Assembly: GCF_964355755.1 (NCBI RefSeq)
Contig: NC_092680.1
Span: forward strand, 6,324,001 to 6,388,000
Source: Antedon mediterranea
Taxonomy: Eukaryota; Animalia; Echinodermata
Direction: 5' to 3'
DNA: 64,000 nucleotides
Part shown: positions 29,201 through 44,200 of the stretch, piece after piece
How positions within the stretch are numbered: position 1 is the stretch's first letter
Layout: each line of letters opens with the position of its first letter
Position numbers and translations under genes: made by a program
The notes under the pieces: generated by a model
Databases searched by the model: none
Told to the model about the DNA's origin: nothing
What the model saw: only the letters and a program-made list of their open reading frames with translations

Positions 29201-32200
29201 CACATACGATGACATTCATCAGAATAGTTAGGTATACTTAATGTGAATTTAAATTGGTAGCCACTGATATATTTATTGTGTCACCAGGCATTTTTACAAA
29301 TGAATCGTTCAGGTATTGCGTGCCAACTTCCCACCATGGTTTCACACGACTTAATTCTGAACTTTAAGTTCCAATATTATAGTCTTGTTGCTCTTGCAAT
29401 GAACCTGGCGGAATGATAGACCTTTGAATTACCAGCGTGATTACCCATCGCTTTTAAATGTGTTTTGCTCCCGCTGAGAAGTGTCAGAGTTGCTGCCCTG
29501 TCGTATATGAATTTGTATGTAACTTCAGTCGTTTAACAGTTGTTATTTTGGAAATTTCAGTACCGTAAACATACACGCCAATACAATTAAGAATGATGGA
29601 ACAACAAAACATACCAGTAGTAAATACATTACCATAAGTCTAAAGATTCAACGCTAAATATAGTATGACGACTGTTAGATCTCTTAATGTATGCTACAAT
29701 AATGCTCTGCGCCGTATACTGAATGTCTCTAGAAGCAGTAGTACCAGTATGATGTTTATTGAACATGGTGTCCCTTCCTTTAATGAGTATATGCGAACAT
29801 CTATCTATGGTTTCATGCAACGTATGTTGAATAGTTGTAATATTCTTTTTTTCTTGTATTTGCAAACATATGCTCCATAACTAAAAAATGTATTTTAGAT
29901 TTCTTTTTCTGTTTGTACGTTTGTTGAAATGGATGAAATTTCCGAAATAAAAGAAATTAAATAGTAGGGGCCTAACTAAATAAATTACAAAACAAAGTAT
30001 AAAACATACTCCAAAATAAGAGGAACTAATAATTCAACTTTCCAATCTTTATACCAATGATGATTCGACAGAGATCTCCATTTTCGTTTTCTTTGGATAC
30101 GATATCACACTCTTCTGTTTATTATTTAGTGTTTGTTTTTATTTTTCAGGTCATCTTCAAATGGATTGGTTGCTGTATCGCTTCTGTTAATCATCATTAG
30201 CATAGTCAATTGTCGTATGTGTTTTATTTATAAATTTAGGATGAGAAAATATTATCATAACATGCTCTTATCAATTTACATTTATAATTAAATCACAAGA
30301 TAATCGTATATCTGGATAATCTGGCATGACAAATATTGGATCTTATGACATGAACTTAATAATCATATCAGGGACCTATATTAACCCTATGACGTGTAAA
30401 ACGTTGTTATCATTATTATATCGATATTCATTTTTAATTCACTCGTATATCTCTCTAGTTATAGTGAATTTGTTAGATATACATATTAATGTAACTTATA
30501 AAAACTTAAAAATGAAACTCAAAATGTATTTTAAAGATATTAAAAGGGTTCAATAATAAAACAAATATACTTTATGCCCTACGTACGTAATAATAAGACA
30601 TGATTATACTATTTTCTTTAAAAAAAACATCTTCACAGAACGTTGTGACATTTCAAGACTAGACGATGATTTAACAAGTAAGTAATCACAAGTGGAGTAA
30701 AGCTCTGTCTACACTATCAAACTGTATGTGACAATAAAATGTGATGCTCCCATATATGGACATGATGTCATATCACTACCATATTTGGGTATATCACTAC
30801 CATATTTTGGCATATCACAGTTTTTTTGTCAAACTTAAGTTTGATAGTGTAGGGAAGTAAAGGAGGAATAGTTTAGAATATCTCTTGAGTAATTTTTTAA
30901 TACACATTGTAATGTTTTTGCTAAAAGGTAACAAGTGATCCAGTCTTTATTTATATTTCAACATTTATTCTTCATTGGTTGTAGCCAAACATTACATTTA
31001 TGAGTTTGATAAGCTATTTTATTCAGAGATTTCTCACTTACAAATTGCAATTCTGATTACGAGCAAGTTTTCTTGATAACTTTATATTTCTATTTTATTC
31101 TAAGCAAATGAACTTATGTTTAACAATCAGTTTTATTCCAGAGGTGTATTATAAAATGTACCTTTTTATAATGATATGTATCATTTATTTCTTCGATAAT
31201 TTATAGCATTTGATATTATTCGTGCGTTTGGAATGGATGGTGGAATAAAAGGAGTTAAGAAGTTAGACAGAGGTTCAAATGAATTCCAATCTTCTTACAA
31301 GATAGAGCCGAAAGCAAACTTGACCACGATGGCTAGGTAAATATTCCCACAACTATGTTTCAACCAACATTTCATTTAGTAAGTAAGTAAAATTTGGAAA
31401 AGCCCAATGATTATGTTTAAGCATTAATATAAATGTAATTTCTTTTTATTATCATAAAAAAAATATAGGCCACATCAATAATTAGACCTATCGTATCTTA
31501 TAATACGAATCTTTCAATGTATATGAATTATATTGATGCCATTGAAAACGACAAATTGAAACGAAAAAATATCTTAGAAAAAGTATGATTTTGTTTGAGC
31601 ACATTGTTGTTTATTGTTGTTTACAGCAAAAACGTTAAAACCTTTAACAGAGGCTGCTCTGGACATTAGCCTGTTATTAAATATCTATTTACGGCACACG
31701 TATTATGTTGGAATGCACAATAATATTTTCTTCTTTTTCTATTGCCTCATTAATATGAAAACAGAAAACCCATTTGTAAGTATAATAACATATAAAGTTA
31801 CCTAAATTGTACATAACATGGTGTAAGGTTTTACTTATAAGTTAGACCGGGCACGATCATTCTTTGCTGATTTAGCCAATACTTGACTGTATGTGTTGGC
31901 AAAGGTCCTAACCACATACTTCACAGCACGACACGTGATGGTCTCTGTTTTTAATAAATTATATTATTATTGACCGCCCAGGCCTGTATGAGTTTTAGTA
32001 ATATATTACCAGATATAGACTAATATTAATACATACAACAAAAGGTTCTTTAATAACTGGCCACTAATTGTCTAAATGGACCTGGTTATATTCTTGCTTC
32101 TTCGTCTCATTAAATGTATTGTCTATAAATTATTTTACAATTTATGTTTCCTTTTCTGTGCTTATAAGTTCAAAATGTTAAATAAATCATTAAATTATTA

Positions 32201-35200
32201 TTAATACGGTAAGAATACTGTAATCTTAAAAATGCTGATAATTTTGTTTTCCATAAGGACTCGTTGATTGTTTTGTTCCTGCGTCTCATTCATATATTTT
32301 GTCTAATTTATTTTAAACATTACATTTTTTTCTTTTCTGCAGTTTCATATTTAAGGTATTAATACAGTGTTGATATTATATTCTTACTGTTTTTATTTTT
32401 TATTTCACCTCCAAGAACATTTATTAATTTCAATAATGGCAAAATAGCAATAATATAATTAAGACATTATTGAGAATCCTGTAAAATAAGAAAGCAACGC
32501 ATCTTGTCACATGCAGGATCCCAAAGAAAAAGACAACAAGAACAACAAACAACTACAAAGCAACAAAAGCATTTCAGAAATACTTTTTTTCTTTAAGCCA
32601 ACTGTTTCCAGAGGAATTTCCATCGTCATTTACGTTCATTTCGACTTTCAAGATCCCTAAACCAGAAGAGTCGGACGAACCAATGACTGACTGGATGTTG
32701 TTCCAGGTTCGTCGTCCTAATACGCAGTACAGATTTGCAATCAGACTTCTTTTGTCTCTTAAGACACTTCAAATAGTCTACACAACTGAAGAAGAACCAG
32801 AGGACCCTAAATTCCTTACTTTCAGGTAGCTTAAGCATATGCTTCTTTCTTTTTTTGTAGTGAAAGTCATGAACATAAGTATTATAATTGTTAGAACATG
32901 TATATAATGATTATTCGATGGAAAAACATAGTATAGTTTTAGATCAATCCAGATTTATCCATTTATATAAAAACAACCGAAACCTTTTCTGGAGCCATCA
33001 TGTGAGGAGCCATGTACCTGACCATATTTCCCTTTCTTAACGATCGTTTACAATTTATTATCTTTTATCAGTGTACATTATGAAGTAATTACTGTGTTTA
33101 TAATTATTTCCATCGGCTAGCCTACATTTAAATTGAATTAAATGTCATCATTTAACGACTATCTATTTACAGTAGTAAAAGAGCCGAGTCTTTCCGACGG
33201 GAGAAAATTGTTCACGAGGCGTAAGTGTAGAGGCTATTAGAATTAAAAGACCCACTCCCTCCGCTTCAATTTGCATTTTGCCGCTTCTATATTATAATTA
33301 TTATTATATATTATACAATAATTACTTATTTAAAAAACAATTCCTGAGTTTTATCAGTAAAGATAAATGGTTATTACACACAAAAGATTGTCTTTATCAA
33401 AAACTGACAACTAAATAAGTATTTAAACTTACCTTTAACAGACATACAAACACATCAACATAAATGTTCATCAAACTGCTGTTGTAATAAAACGAACGAA
33501 CGACAATACTATTAACTTTATTAAGGGCACAGTTTGTTGGGTTGAGAAGATGTTCTCTTAATAGGTGTTCTACTGTGTTAGATTACGAGTAAAACTGAAG
33601 TTATAAACATAACACTGTTGAAGTGGTGGAATAAGATTTTAGTCACATTATAACTATTCTAACCTGACTTAATTTGCATGCTTTATATATCCCCTTAATT
33701 ATATTATTTTGAATATTTACGTGTGGATTATGAATTATAATCATGAAGTTCAACTACTTGCTGGTATTGAGTATAAAAACACAAACGTGTGTGGATTGAA
33801 GCTTACTAACATATAGTTTTGTGAGAAGGACCACGAGAAGGAACTGCAACTGACAGTTAATAACAATGGCTCTTATTCGATTCGATGCAGAATTCTGAAA
33901 TACCATTTTATAATATAACATTTCCTTCAATCATAAACAAAGATAAATAACAATATACAACGTACGTTGTCTAGAACCAGGTAAATGGTTAATTAATGTA
34001 CGATATTTTATATGCACCGATCAGATAAACAGCTATGTATTGGTACTATTGGCTCATTGTACAGGATTTTAGTAACCTTACCCCAAACTTAAATTTATGT
34101 AGCATATTCAACAAATCGTGCTTTTAGCCCATGCTATGCATCTTTGTAAAACAGCTCCCTCTATATAGGTGTTTTCCACGATTCCATTCCTCCTGTAGTC
34201 AACCCTAGCGGTCTTTCCATTTTTATTATTTCCTAAATCATTATTCAAATTATCTCAAATAGCTAAACACTGTTACAACTTTATTGAGAGATAGTGTGTG
34301 TTATATTTAAGTAAGTATGACAACGAACATTATGTGACGAAGGAATAACGTGTAACAGAGTGGTTTATACGTTATAATTAGTTTCTACTCAGAAAAACAA
34401 CAACCTGTTCAAAGGTAAAATCTATATTGGTAGTGTACTATACTACTGCATTATGACGTGCCTAATTATTATTATAATTATTATATTTTGCTATGCATAT
34501 TCTTTACTATGGGATCCAAATTTTTAAATCTTTAAAAGGATTAAATTTAACCAATTATTTGTACATTGCTTCATTTCTAAATATCCTAGTACATTTGCAT
34601 ACATATATTTTACAGTACATTAATAATGATCCGACTTCGAACTCGTCACAGTAACGGTTTTCACAGATGGCAATACGCATGCGCAAAACTTGACGATTTC
34701 GATTCGTGCGACTTAAAATGTGGAGTAGCCTACTAAAGATGACGTACACAGACGTCAAACCAAGGTATTAACATGTTTATTAATTTGTAGGGATATTGCC
34801 GATTTATTTGACTACAAATGGCACAAGCTACATCTTAGCGTTGATGAGAGAGACAAATCAATTACTGTTTATGTCGACTGTATCGGTATTGCAAAAGGAA
34901 ATTACGAAGGAACGTTAAATAGCGCCGTAAGCGGTTCTGTTGGTATTGGGAAAACTACAGCGGGCGCAAAACAAGTAGAGGTATGTGTTGTGACAACATT
35001 GCTACTTTTTCTTATGTTATGGATTATTTATCCCAGGTATACATACATTATTGAGCAAAAAAAATAAATAATAAAATAATGAATGAACTTACCTTGTACG
35101 TGGATAAAACTTTAAATTCCGTTAAAATTAAAGTGAAATTGTTTAACATGAGAGAAATTTAATAAATGAATTTATTATTTTATAAATTGTATTAGTTTTC

Positions 35201-38200
35201 AGATAAATATAACGTATTTTTAATTATATCTTTTATATGTAGTTGTTGTTGCAATGGATGATGGTACACTGCAGCCCTAACTTTCACCCTGGCGAAGGAG
35301 GACGAGACAACTGTAACGAATTGGTAGACAAGCATCTAACTGTGTGTTTTATTTTAGAACTAATTACAGTAGTTAAATATGTAGCTAAGTAACAGCACCA
35401 AGGCTTAGTTATTTACCCGAGTAAGATGGTTTCATGGGAACAGTTATCGCTAACTTTGGTTGTAGGACATCATATAAATAATTAAGCCTGATGGGTTAGG
35501 AACCAAATATAATTTACCCGGTTAAATAACTAAGCCTGAACAAGCCTATAGATACCGTAATGTATTTCTTATAGATGGTGTTTAGTGTCACTGTGATTTC
35601 ATTTGAATAGAATTAGAAAATAGTCAATAATAATTTGTTCTAAAGAAATGTTGTAGCCTACCGTTAGTGTACCGATCCTTACCTGATGTGTCCATACAGT
35701 ATAGTGGTGTAAATTGTATTAGATTTTAGTAATCGAAGATTGGATTCTGTTTGTGTAATATTACCGTGGTCCTGTATTTTGTATAGATTTAAAGTAGTAC
35801 CTTACTATGCTTGTCGTAGTTACGTGGATTATTGTAGTGTACAGATTGTATTGTGAAATTATATTTAGTATGACCATTAACATGAGTTGTTTGAGGTACG
35901 TCAATAATACAATTATGTTAATACTTATACCTTTACTTTAAATTCATTTTTTCCATTTTTTTTTAGATCGAACAAGGTGACGAGGCATGTCCCGATCAGT
36001 GCCCAGCTGGCCCACCAGTAAGTTTACCTTGGTTGAAAGTCGAATCGAATCAACAACAAAATATTGGCATAACGTGAATGATATCTCCTTGTATAACATT
36101 GATCTAGTAACATGATGGTTAACTTCACTATTTTTGGTATTCGTAGGGTGCTACTGGACCACAAGGTGCAAGAGGACCAACTGGTCTGACTGGTGAGAGA
36201 GGAGATCCTGGTCTTCCTGGCGCTGTCGTGAGTTATGCAGACACAATGATCCTCTACACATAATTCTTCTAATTAGCTTAGTTTGTGTATTAGGGATATA
36301 CTTATTTCAGATTTGTAATTGTAATCAAAACAAATAGCAAAATAGTATCGATATTATTTCATTCAATAATGTAAATGTTTACACAATTTTTTTTTAAATA
36401 GGGACCTCAAGGTTCAAGAGGACCAAGGGTGAGTAAAATAATAATAATATTAATCAGTACGGCAATTGCCAGGAACTCCATCTTTGTCTTTTCTTATTTG
36501 TTGACATACATTTTTTATATATTTACGGTACAGGTTGATTAGTATGTATATAGACTATTTTATAAAGTAGAAGATGCTCTAAACTTTACTCCATTTCAAT
36601 AAAACTGACTTTCTTAGCAATTAGCACATATCTTGATTGCGTCGTAATTAGTGCTTCTGCTTACTTAAATAAGCAGTTAATAGCACATGCTCTTCAAATG
36701 GAGAGCTATTATATGAAAATATAAACGTTCCAATAATGGACTATTCCTCCAACCACATCCTCACGAAATGACAATCAGTTATTATATTTTAGGGTCAAGC
36801 TGGCAGCCCAGGTATCCGTGGTGACACGGTAAGTACAAACATTAATTAGTCTGCTGATGTCGATGCCTAAATAATTCAGGTCAAGACTTATGAATCATAT
36901 GCAAACTTTCAATTAAATAGCAAATTACTTTTTACTTACAATTATTAATAATTTTCTTATTTCCATAGGGTTATGATGGTGTTGATGGGGTTGATGGAGC
37001 AAAGGTAATATGTTATTCATCTATTTACAGATTACATTGTGCGATCAGTGCTATTTTTTAATAAAAAGACCCCAATATTATTTGATGATTTCAATAAAAA
37101 AAATAAAAATACTTTTTGAAAATTTAAATCGTGTGTCGTGTGTGTTTATTTTCTTCTTCTTCATTTAAATATGGATATTGATGGACAACGTCATAATTTC
37201 AATAACTGTTATTGTTTTATATTAAAACCATAGGGTGAAGTGGGTCCACCAGGCCCCCGTGGTGAATCAGGACCTACCGGTGAACTTCCTACCATTGATG
37301 TGAGTTTTTTAATTAACATTGTATTAATAAAACAAACAATTTACACGTCTAAACACACATACTAAGTTCAAATACCACACACAAGTATTTACTGTTTTCT
37401 ACTCCTTACATATAATTCTATAAAGAACAGAATAACTTGAATATAATACCAATGCATATTCTAACTACATTGACATTGTATTTTACTAAATATAATAGGA
37501 ACTAATCAGAATTGGATTGAAGGGTGACGTTGGGCCGATTGGTCTCCCAGGATTAAATGGATTACCAGTAAGTTCAGTATCGTTTTGAAATGCATATTTT
37601 TCAAAAAATAATTCACGCTATTTCCAATACTTGCAAAACGATGGGCAGTTGTTAAACTTGCTTTTTGTGCAAGCATCGCACAAGAAGACATTACTCTTTT
37701 CTTTTCCATACAGTGAACTTTATACTGTTTCTTTTCACTGAATATGCAACCTTAAAATGCGATCTTTCTTTATAGGGTGCGAGAGGAGATCAAGGAATTC
37801 AAGGAGCAGAAGGAAAACGAGGAATCGGAGTAAGTATGATAAGATATAATAAGTAATATTTTAATTACAAACGAATTACCAGGGTTTGGTTGTCTGTATA
37901 ATAGGCCTACATCAATGGAGCAACAATATTATGTTTAACAAAACAATGAAAACCTACAAACTTGTATATATTCTAGTGCATGAGAAATAAAATAATACGA
38001 GTGGGCGAGGCCTATCAAATAGAACAGTTGAGGGCTTACAACACTGTATACTTTACCTGATTTTGTGTTTTCGAAGAACTTGTTGTTTTATATGATAACT
38101 GTAATAGAAACTAATCATTGTCTTTCTTTTACTTCCATTATGTAGGGTAAGCCAGGTGTAGAAGGACGTGTTGGTCCAAGGGGTCCAGCTGGACTTCAAG

Positions 38201-41200
38201 GGGAACAAGGACCACCAGGGCCACCAGGAAGTGCTGTAAGATATATATTAATAGATAATTTTAAGTCAGCTCTGACTAGAGATAGGTTACGTTACAGACT
38301 ACAGTATTTGAACCAGGAACGCTTTGGCCATTTTTGTCTTGAATTTTTCCTTAGGCATAATGGTTGGCAAGTGGTTATAAATGTGCATCTTAATTAATTA
38401 TTTGCATAAAATATTGTTAGACCTACTAATACTAGTCTGGTAAACAAAAACTGGATACAAATGAATATTTAGTAACACTTGCTATTCTAAAAAAATGAAT
38501 TATGATTTAAAACTAACTAGGCATATTTACTTTTTAATGGCAGACAAATATTTATATATATTTGTAGATTGTCGGACCTGAAGCTTTATCTGCTCTTGTA
38601 CAGAATGAAGATGGAGTCATTACTGTGAGTATCTAGTCTAAGTAGTAATTAAACATAGTTTATAGTTGGTTAAAAAAATAAAAACACAAATCACAATAAG
38701 AACAACTTTTTCAACTGTACAGTACTGAAAAAAGCCTGACGATATTATTATGAATGTTGACATTTATCTTCGCTGTTCCATTTTTGTTAAACTTGGTTTT
38801 CATCTAAGATTTTTTTATTACACCCATTGTTTATAATAATGATATTATCATGTAGCAGTGACGTATAATCATATAGTGTGTGTCTTTTCATTGTTACCTC
38901 ATAGGGTATTGCTGGACCAAGAGGCTATCCGGGACCAGTAGGAGCACAGGTTTGTTCATAACATTTTGAAATAGTATTTTCAATATAAATTGCACATGAG
39001 TTTTAACATTATGTTACTTGTAATCTTCATTTATATACATTATTATTACATTAAAATGGTATGCATAAAATTATCACTTTCATCAGTGTAGGTGATATTA
39101 TTGTATGAGTTTGGTTTATAAAATGTGTAATTATTTAGATGTATTTATACAGGGCGATCCAGGACCGATGGGTAATGAGGGTGCCGTCGGTGAAAGAGGA
39201 CCAAAGGTAGGGTGCTTTGTATATTCACACCATGCCTGGAACGTACTTTCAAATTTCTTTATACGTATTCGTTACTATACAATATTACAACATGATATTG
39301 ATGTGTAGACGTTAAATTAAGATGATGAAAACAAATTTTTTCAGGGAGACCAGGGTCCAAGAGGTCCACAAGGTGAACGTGGTCAGGATGGATTAAGGGT
39401 AAATTATTATACAATTATTTAAACACTGAACAGCTGAAATGAAAACAAGTACAAAATAACCATCTCAATAAGTAATTGTAATGATGGTAGTGTACATTGA
39501 GATTCACTGATTAGCGATTCATACACAATACATATTTGTTGACATAGTTATTATTATGAAAGATATAGACATAAACACAGTACTGTTGAACCCCTATTAA
39601 GAGCAAACCATCTGTACCCACCCAAGTCTCCTTTTAATAGTCCACCTCAAAAAAGTTGTCCGTATTGTTAAAACATGCCCCTCGTACTTTTCACGGGAAA
39701 ACCTGTATATGAGTTCTAACGTACTATTATTGTTTTTGTGCTGTGTTTAGGGACCAGCAGGTATCCAAGGTGTGCGTGGATCACGTGGAGAGAAGGGAGA
39801 AGTGGTACGTAACATTTTATTTTAGTGAATTACAGTACTTTATTGTCAGTTTTTCTCAATAATACGTCATATTGAATGGTGACGGCAGTCTAGCGTTGAA
39901 TGTCAGATACAATCCACCTCAACTATTAAAAAGTGGTATTATAATCAATTATTCCATATTTTCAGGGACCCATTGGTGCTCCTGGACCACAAGGTGCACC
40001 GGGACCAGCAGGGCCACAGGTAAGTTAAACGTGTTGGTCACTGAAAATTAAGAATATTTATGCAAATTACGGCTGTACGCGGAATGGAGAGAAGTTGGTA
40101 TTCATGAGAAAACAAAACAACTAGCTACATTCCATAATTTACCAACAAGTACACATCTACGTTGAAAACTCCAATTCTGTTGAGTTGATTTCTGGATCTC
40201 CTTATGGTAGACCACAAGCAGTAAATGAAGGCTTACCTGTACTCTTGCATTTTCGGTACTTTTACTTCGATTTGTTAATTCAACAAAATGCTTTTTTATT
40301 TATCTGATAATGTTTTACTATTTGTCATTAGGGTGTACAAGGTCCACGAGGAGAACAAGGAAGCCGTGGTGAGCGTGGTTTGCAGGTAATTAGGCCTTAT
40401 CTATTAAAAAGTTATTTTTACACATTATACGATGTATAATAAGCAATGTTGTCACCATCAAAATTATCATATTGTACAAATGTATTCCTCCTTGACTAGT
40501 AGATACTGTTAGTTATACTGTTGGTTATCAGTGACACATTGAAGGAACTAATTTTTGTTTATGTTTTTAGGGAGTCGATGGACCAGTAGGACCCCCAGGA
40601 GTTGTAGGAGCAAAGGGTGAAAAGGTATACTAATATACACTAACTTATATAGTACAGAGCAACTTTGGTGAAGGCGTAACAAAGACCCTATATAATAATA
40701 TGTGCTAATATCTTACCTCGGTACGGTGTATTGTACAGTATGCCGCCGTGTAAACAGCATACATATCATAAGTATATTTGTATATTTACACTATGTAATA
40801 CATTTTGCAGGGCGATCGAGGTGCTGAGGGCCCACAAGGTGAACGTGGTGAACAAGGTAACGCTGGCCCACGTGGTAATGAAGGTATTCCTGGGCCTATT
40901 GGTGATACTGGTCCCATCGTAAGTATAGTATTATTTTTAGTACACACTTTGTTATTTTATGCATTATTAACAAATTATACTACGTCATCAAGTCAGTCAC
41001 AAGTTCGACAAATCGAACTTTGAAATAAGTATTTATCTAAATGAATTAAATTGAAACACAGACAGTTTAATGGTGTTTAAAGCTATGATACATTATTAGT
41101 CTATAGATTTTGTATTAAACTTTCAACTGTGTTGATTTTATGTTTCATAAATACATCAACAAATATTCCAACTAACATATGATATTGCGTTCTTCTACCA

Positions 41201-44200
41201 GGGCTTAAGAGGTGTGGCAGGAGACGATGGTGCACCTGGAGCAAAGGGAGACAGAGGCGCAACTGGAAGAACTGGAGCACAGGGACAAAGAGGAGCACCG
41301 GTAAGTTTATTGTTATTTTACAATGAATACCACTCTATGGAGCTTAATACGACAAACTTTATATGACAAAAAAAAGTTTGCCCATCACTTCCATATTTGG
41401 GCATATCACATCTTTTTGTCAAACTTGTTTGATAGTGTAGACAAAGCTTAACATGCTTATATATGACCTAATATTATGATGAATTGTATTATTATTAGTA
41501 TGGTTGTCTTTATAGGGTCCACAAGGTGAACGCGGAGTTCAAGGAGCCCAAGGTGTCGTGGGTGAAAGAGGAGTAACTGGCGCGACTGGAGAAAGAGGTG
41601 CAGTAGGGGAAAAAGGAGACTTGGTAAGTAGGCCTAAACATGTGTGCTATTACTCATTGAAAACATTACAGTATGATTTTTACGGTTTACAATTTTCATT
41701 GTAATCCTATTTATGTATGATATTATAAAATATGATTCCAAAGGAAAATTACTGAAAAAAATGACAATGCTGTTGGTATCAGTGGCTGGATCTCAATGGA
41801 GATACAAAATAACATAAGCAAAAAGCTAAATCAAAACGATTAAGTAAAACGGCCAAATAATTGTACAGAGCTTTCGGGCAACACTAGCCCTTCATCAGTG
41901 CAAATAATATGCAATGATACTTATAATAACTTATTGAAATAAGACAATTAAAAAAAACAGCAAATTCGGTGGCAAAGAAATGAAATAATTTATTTTTACT
42001 AAATGTTACTCTTACGACATTAAATATTCATACCATTTTAATATGTTTTATTTAACTTCATTTGCCGAACAAATGAGAGCCAGAATATGTGTAAATAGAA
42101 AGAATTACTATCTACAAAATCAGTTTGTCTCGTTGATACATGTTATAAAACCTTACATTTTTTAAAGGGTGACCGAGGTCCAAGAGGATTTGTTGGTCCA
42201 GAAGGACAGAAAGGCGACGCTGGGTCACGAGGACCACAGGTAGGAAGACTACAACATCTTTCCTCCATAGTGCAAAATGAATTATTCCAATAAAAGCCCA
42301 ACTACTATGACGTCGTAAGCTTTCATCCGTTCACGATAGTGGTATTCACATTACTCTAAAATGGATTAGGAACATTGATGTCATTCACTCACTCGATCAC
42401 TTACGAATTGTTTAAACAATAATGTTTTGTTCTCGTTTAGCCAGTCTTATGTTTTCTCTATATTTATTCATAGGGCTTCACGGGTAAACAAGGTAATCAG
42501 GGTCAACAAGGACCGGCTGGAGCTATGGGTATTGTAGGCCCAGCAGGACCAACTGGACCACGAGGAGTGCCCGGACTCCGAGGACCGGTGAGCTATCAGA
42601 AATTAAATTTACAACTCTTTCAAAAATAACTTTAATGTTATTAACCATGTTGCACAACATACTGTACGTTTCATCCTAAAATACCATTGGCATAAATGTA
42701 TAACATCAACAATCGATTATGTATTTTTGACTTTAACATGTTTATTTAATAGGAAGGTGTAAAGGGAGAGTCTGGCCCACCCGGATCACCAGGCACATTG
42801 GGTTCGCCTGGTTTCCCCGGAGGAGAAGGTCAGAAAGGAGATCAGGGATTACGTGGTAACTCGGGTCCTCTAGGGCCAAAAGGAGACCCAGGTTTACCAG
42901 TCAGTATCTGAGTTTTGTTTTTTTTTACTTCAATTATTAAGCAAACATATTATTTGTTTTCACTCTTTATGATATCGAAGTCTTCAATATTCTTTGGAAT
43001 AATTCAATATCAATAATGCTCTTTACGGCAACACTGCTGAGCTTTTTATACTGGCTTATTCAAAATAAGTACGTGATTATAATAGATTGACTAGAACTTT
43101 GCTTTTGGTTGTAAAATAATGTAATAGCTTTATTCGTACGTCGCTTACTTATAGGGAAGAACTCCGTCAGAAGGTGAATTAGCAAGAATGATTGAGAGAA
43201 TGTTACAGGGTAAGTAGTATAGTAATGACAGTGATTGTAAGTAGGAGTAGGAGTCCACATTTCTGAAGTTTGGTTGTTTCATAGTATTCGGAAGCAATTC
43301 CCAAATTATTTCCTAGAAATCACATAACTACACAACTTACTTGACTAGGTAATAGTTTCGTCACGAAAGCCTCAATTAAAAAGATATTAATTATAATTTA
43401 TGTTCTTTATTTTCTTTCTTTTGTTGATTTTTTTTTATCATAACTATAGTTTTCATTATAAAAGATTTGTTTTTTAAATTATAAAATAAACACATTTTTA
43501 CTTTTACACTGAATTTATAAACCGCCTAATGTTGTGAAACCTCAAGCACTGTACACATTATTACCATTTTTGAATCAAACATGTATAGAAACATACTTCC
43601 ATAATGTAACTAGTAATCAGTACTGTATCCATGGGTGGAGGCAAACGTGAGTAAAGTGTCTTGCATAAGGATGATACAAGCAATGCGACGAGCGTTGGAT
43701 TCGAACCCACGATCTCATAATCCTACGTCCATCACACAATGGTCTTTTTCTTTGTAGATCGTCTTGCAATTATTGAGTCACGATTAAGGCAACCAGCGCC
43801 AATAATGGCAGGAGAAGGTCCACCAGGACCTCCTGGTCGCCCAGGACCAGTTGGTTTAACTGGACCACCAGGACCACCAGGCTCAAGAGGAACACAGGGA
43901 GCAATCGGTCTACCTGGTTTACGTGGACCCTCTGGATATCCAGGAATGACAGGTAAGACTTTTCCGGGCAAATTAGGGTTCCCGATGTATCGCTTGAACT
44001 AAGTTTTTTTTGTGAAGTGGACCGTATGGAGTTTATCATTTGATAATTATGTATAATTTGCATTACTTAAATTGTCGTACCCAGTATTAATAAACTCAAA
44101 TTATATGATGAAAAAAAATTTCATTTATTATACATTATTGTACAGCTTTTTATTAAATGTATATATAATAGTATAGAGTAAAATTACATTGTAATTTCAC

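Noticed and set aside
43732-43971. Minus-strand Gly/Pro-rich ORF
   Set aside because: Reverse complement of the GPP-coding collagen exon.
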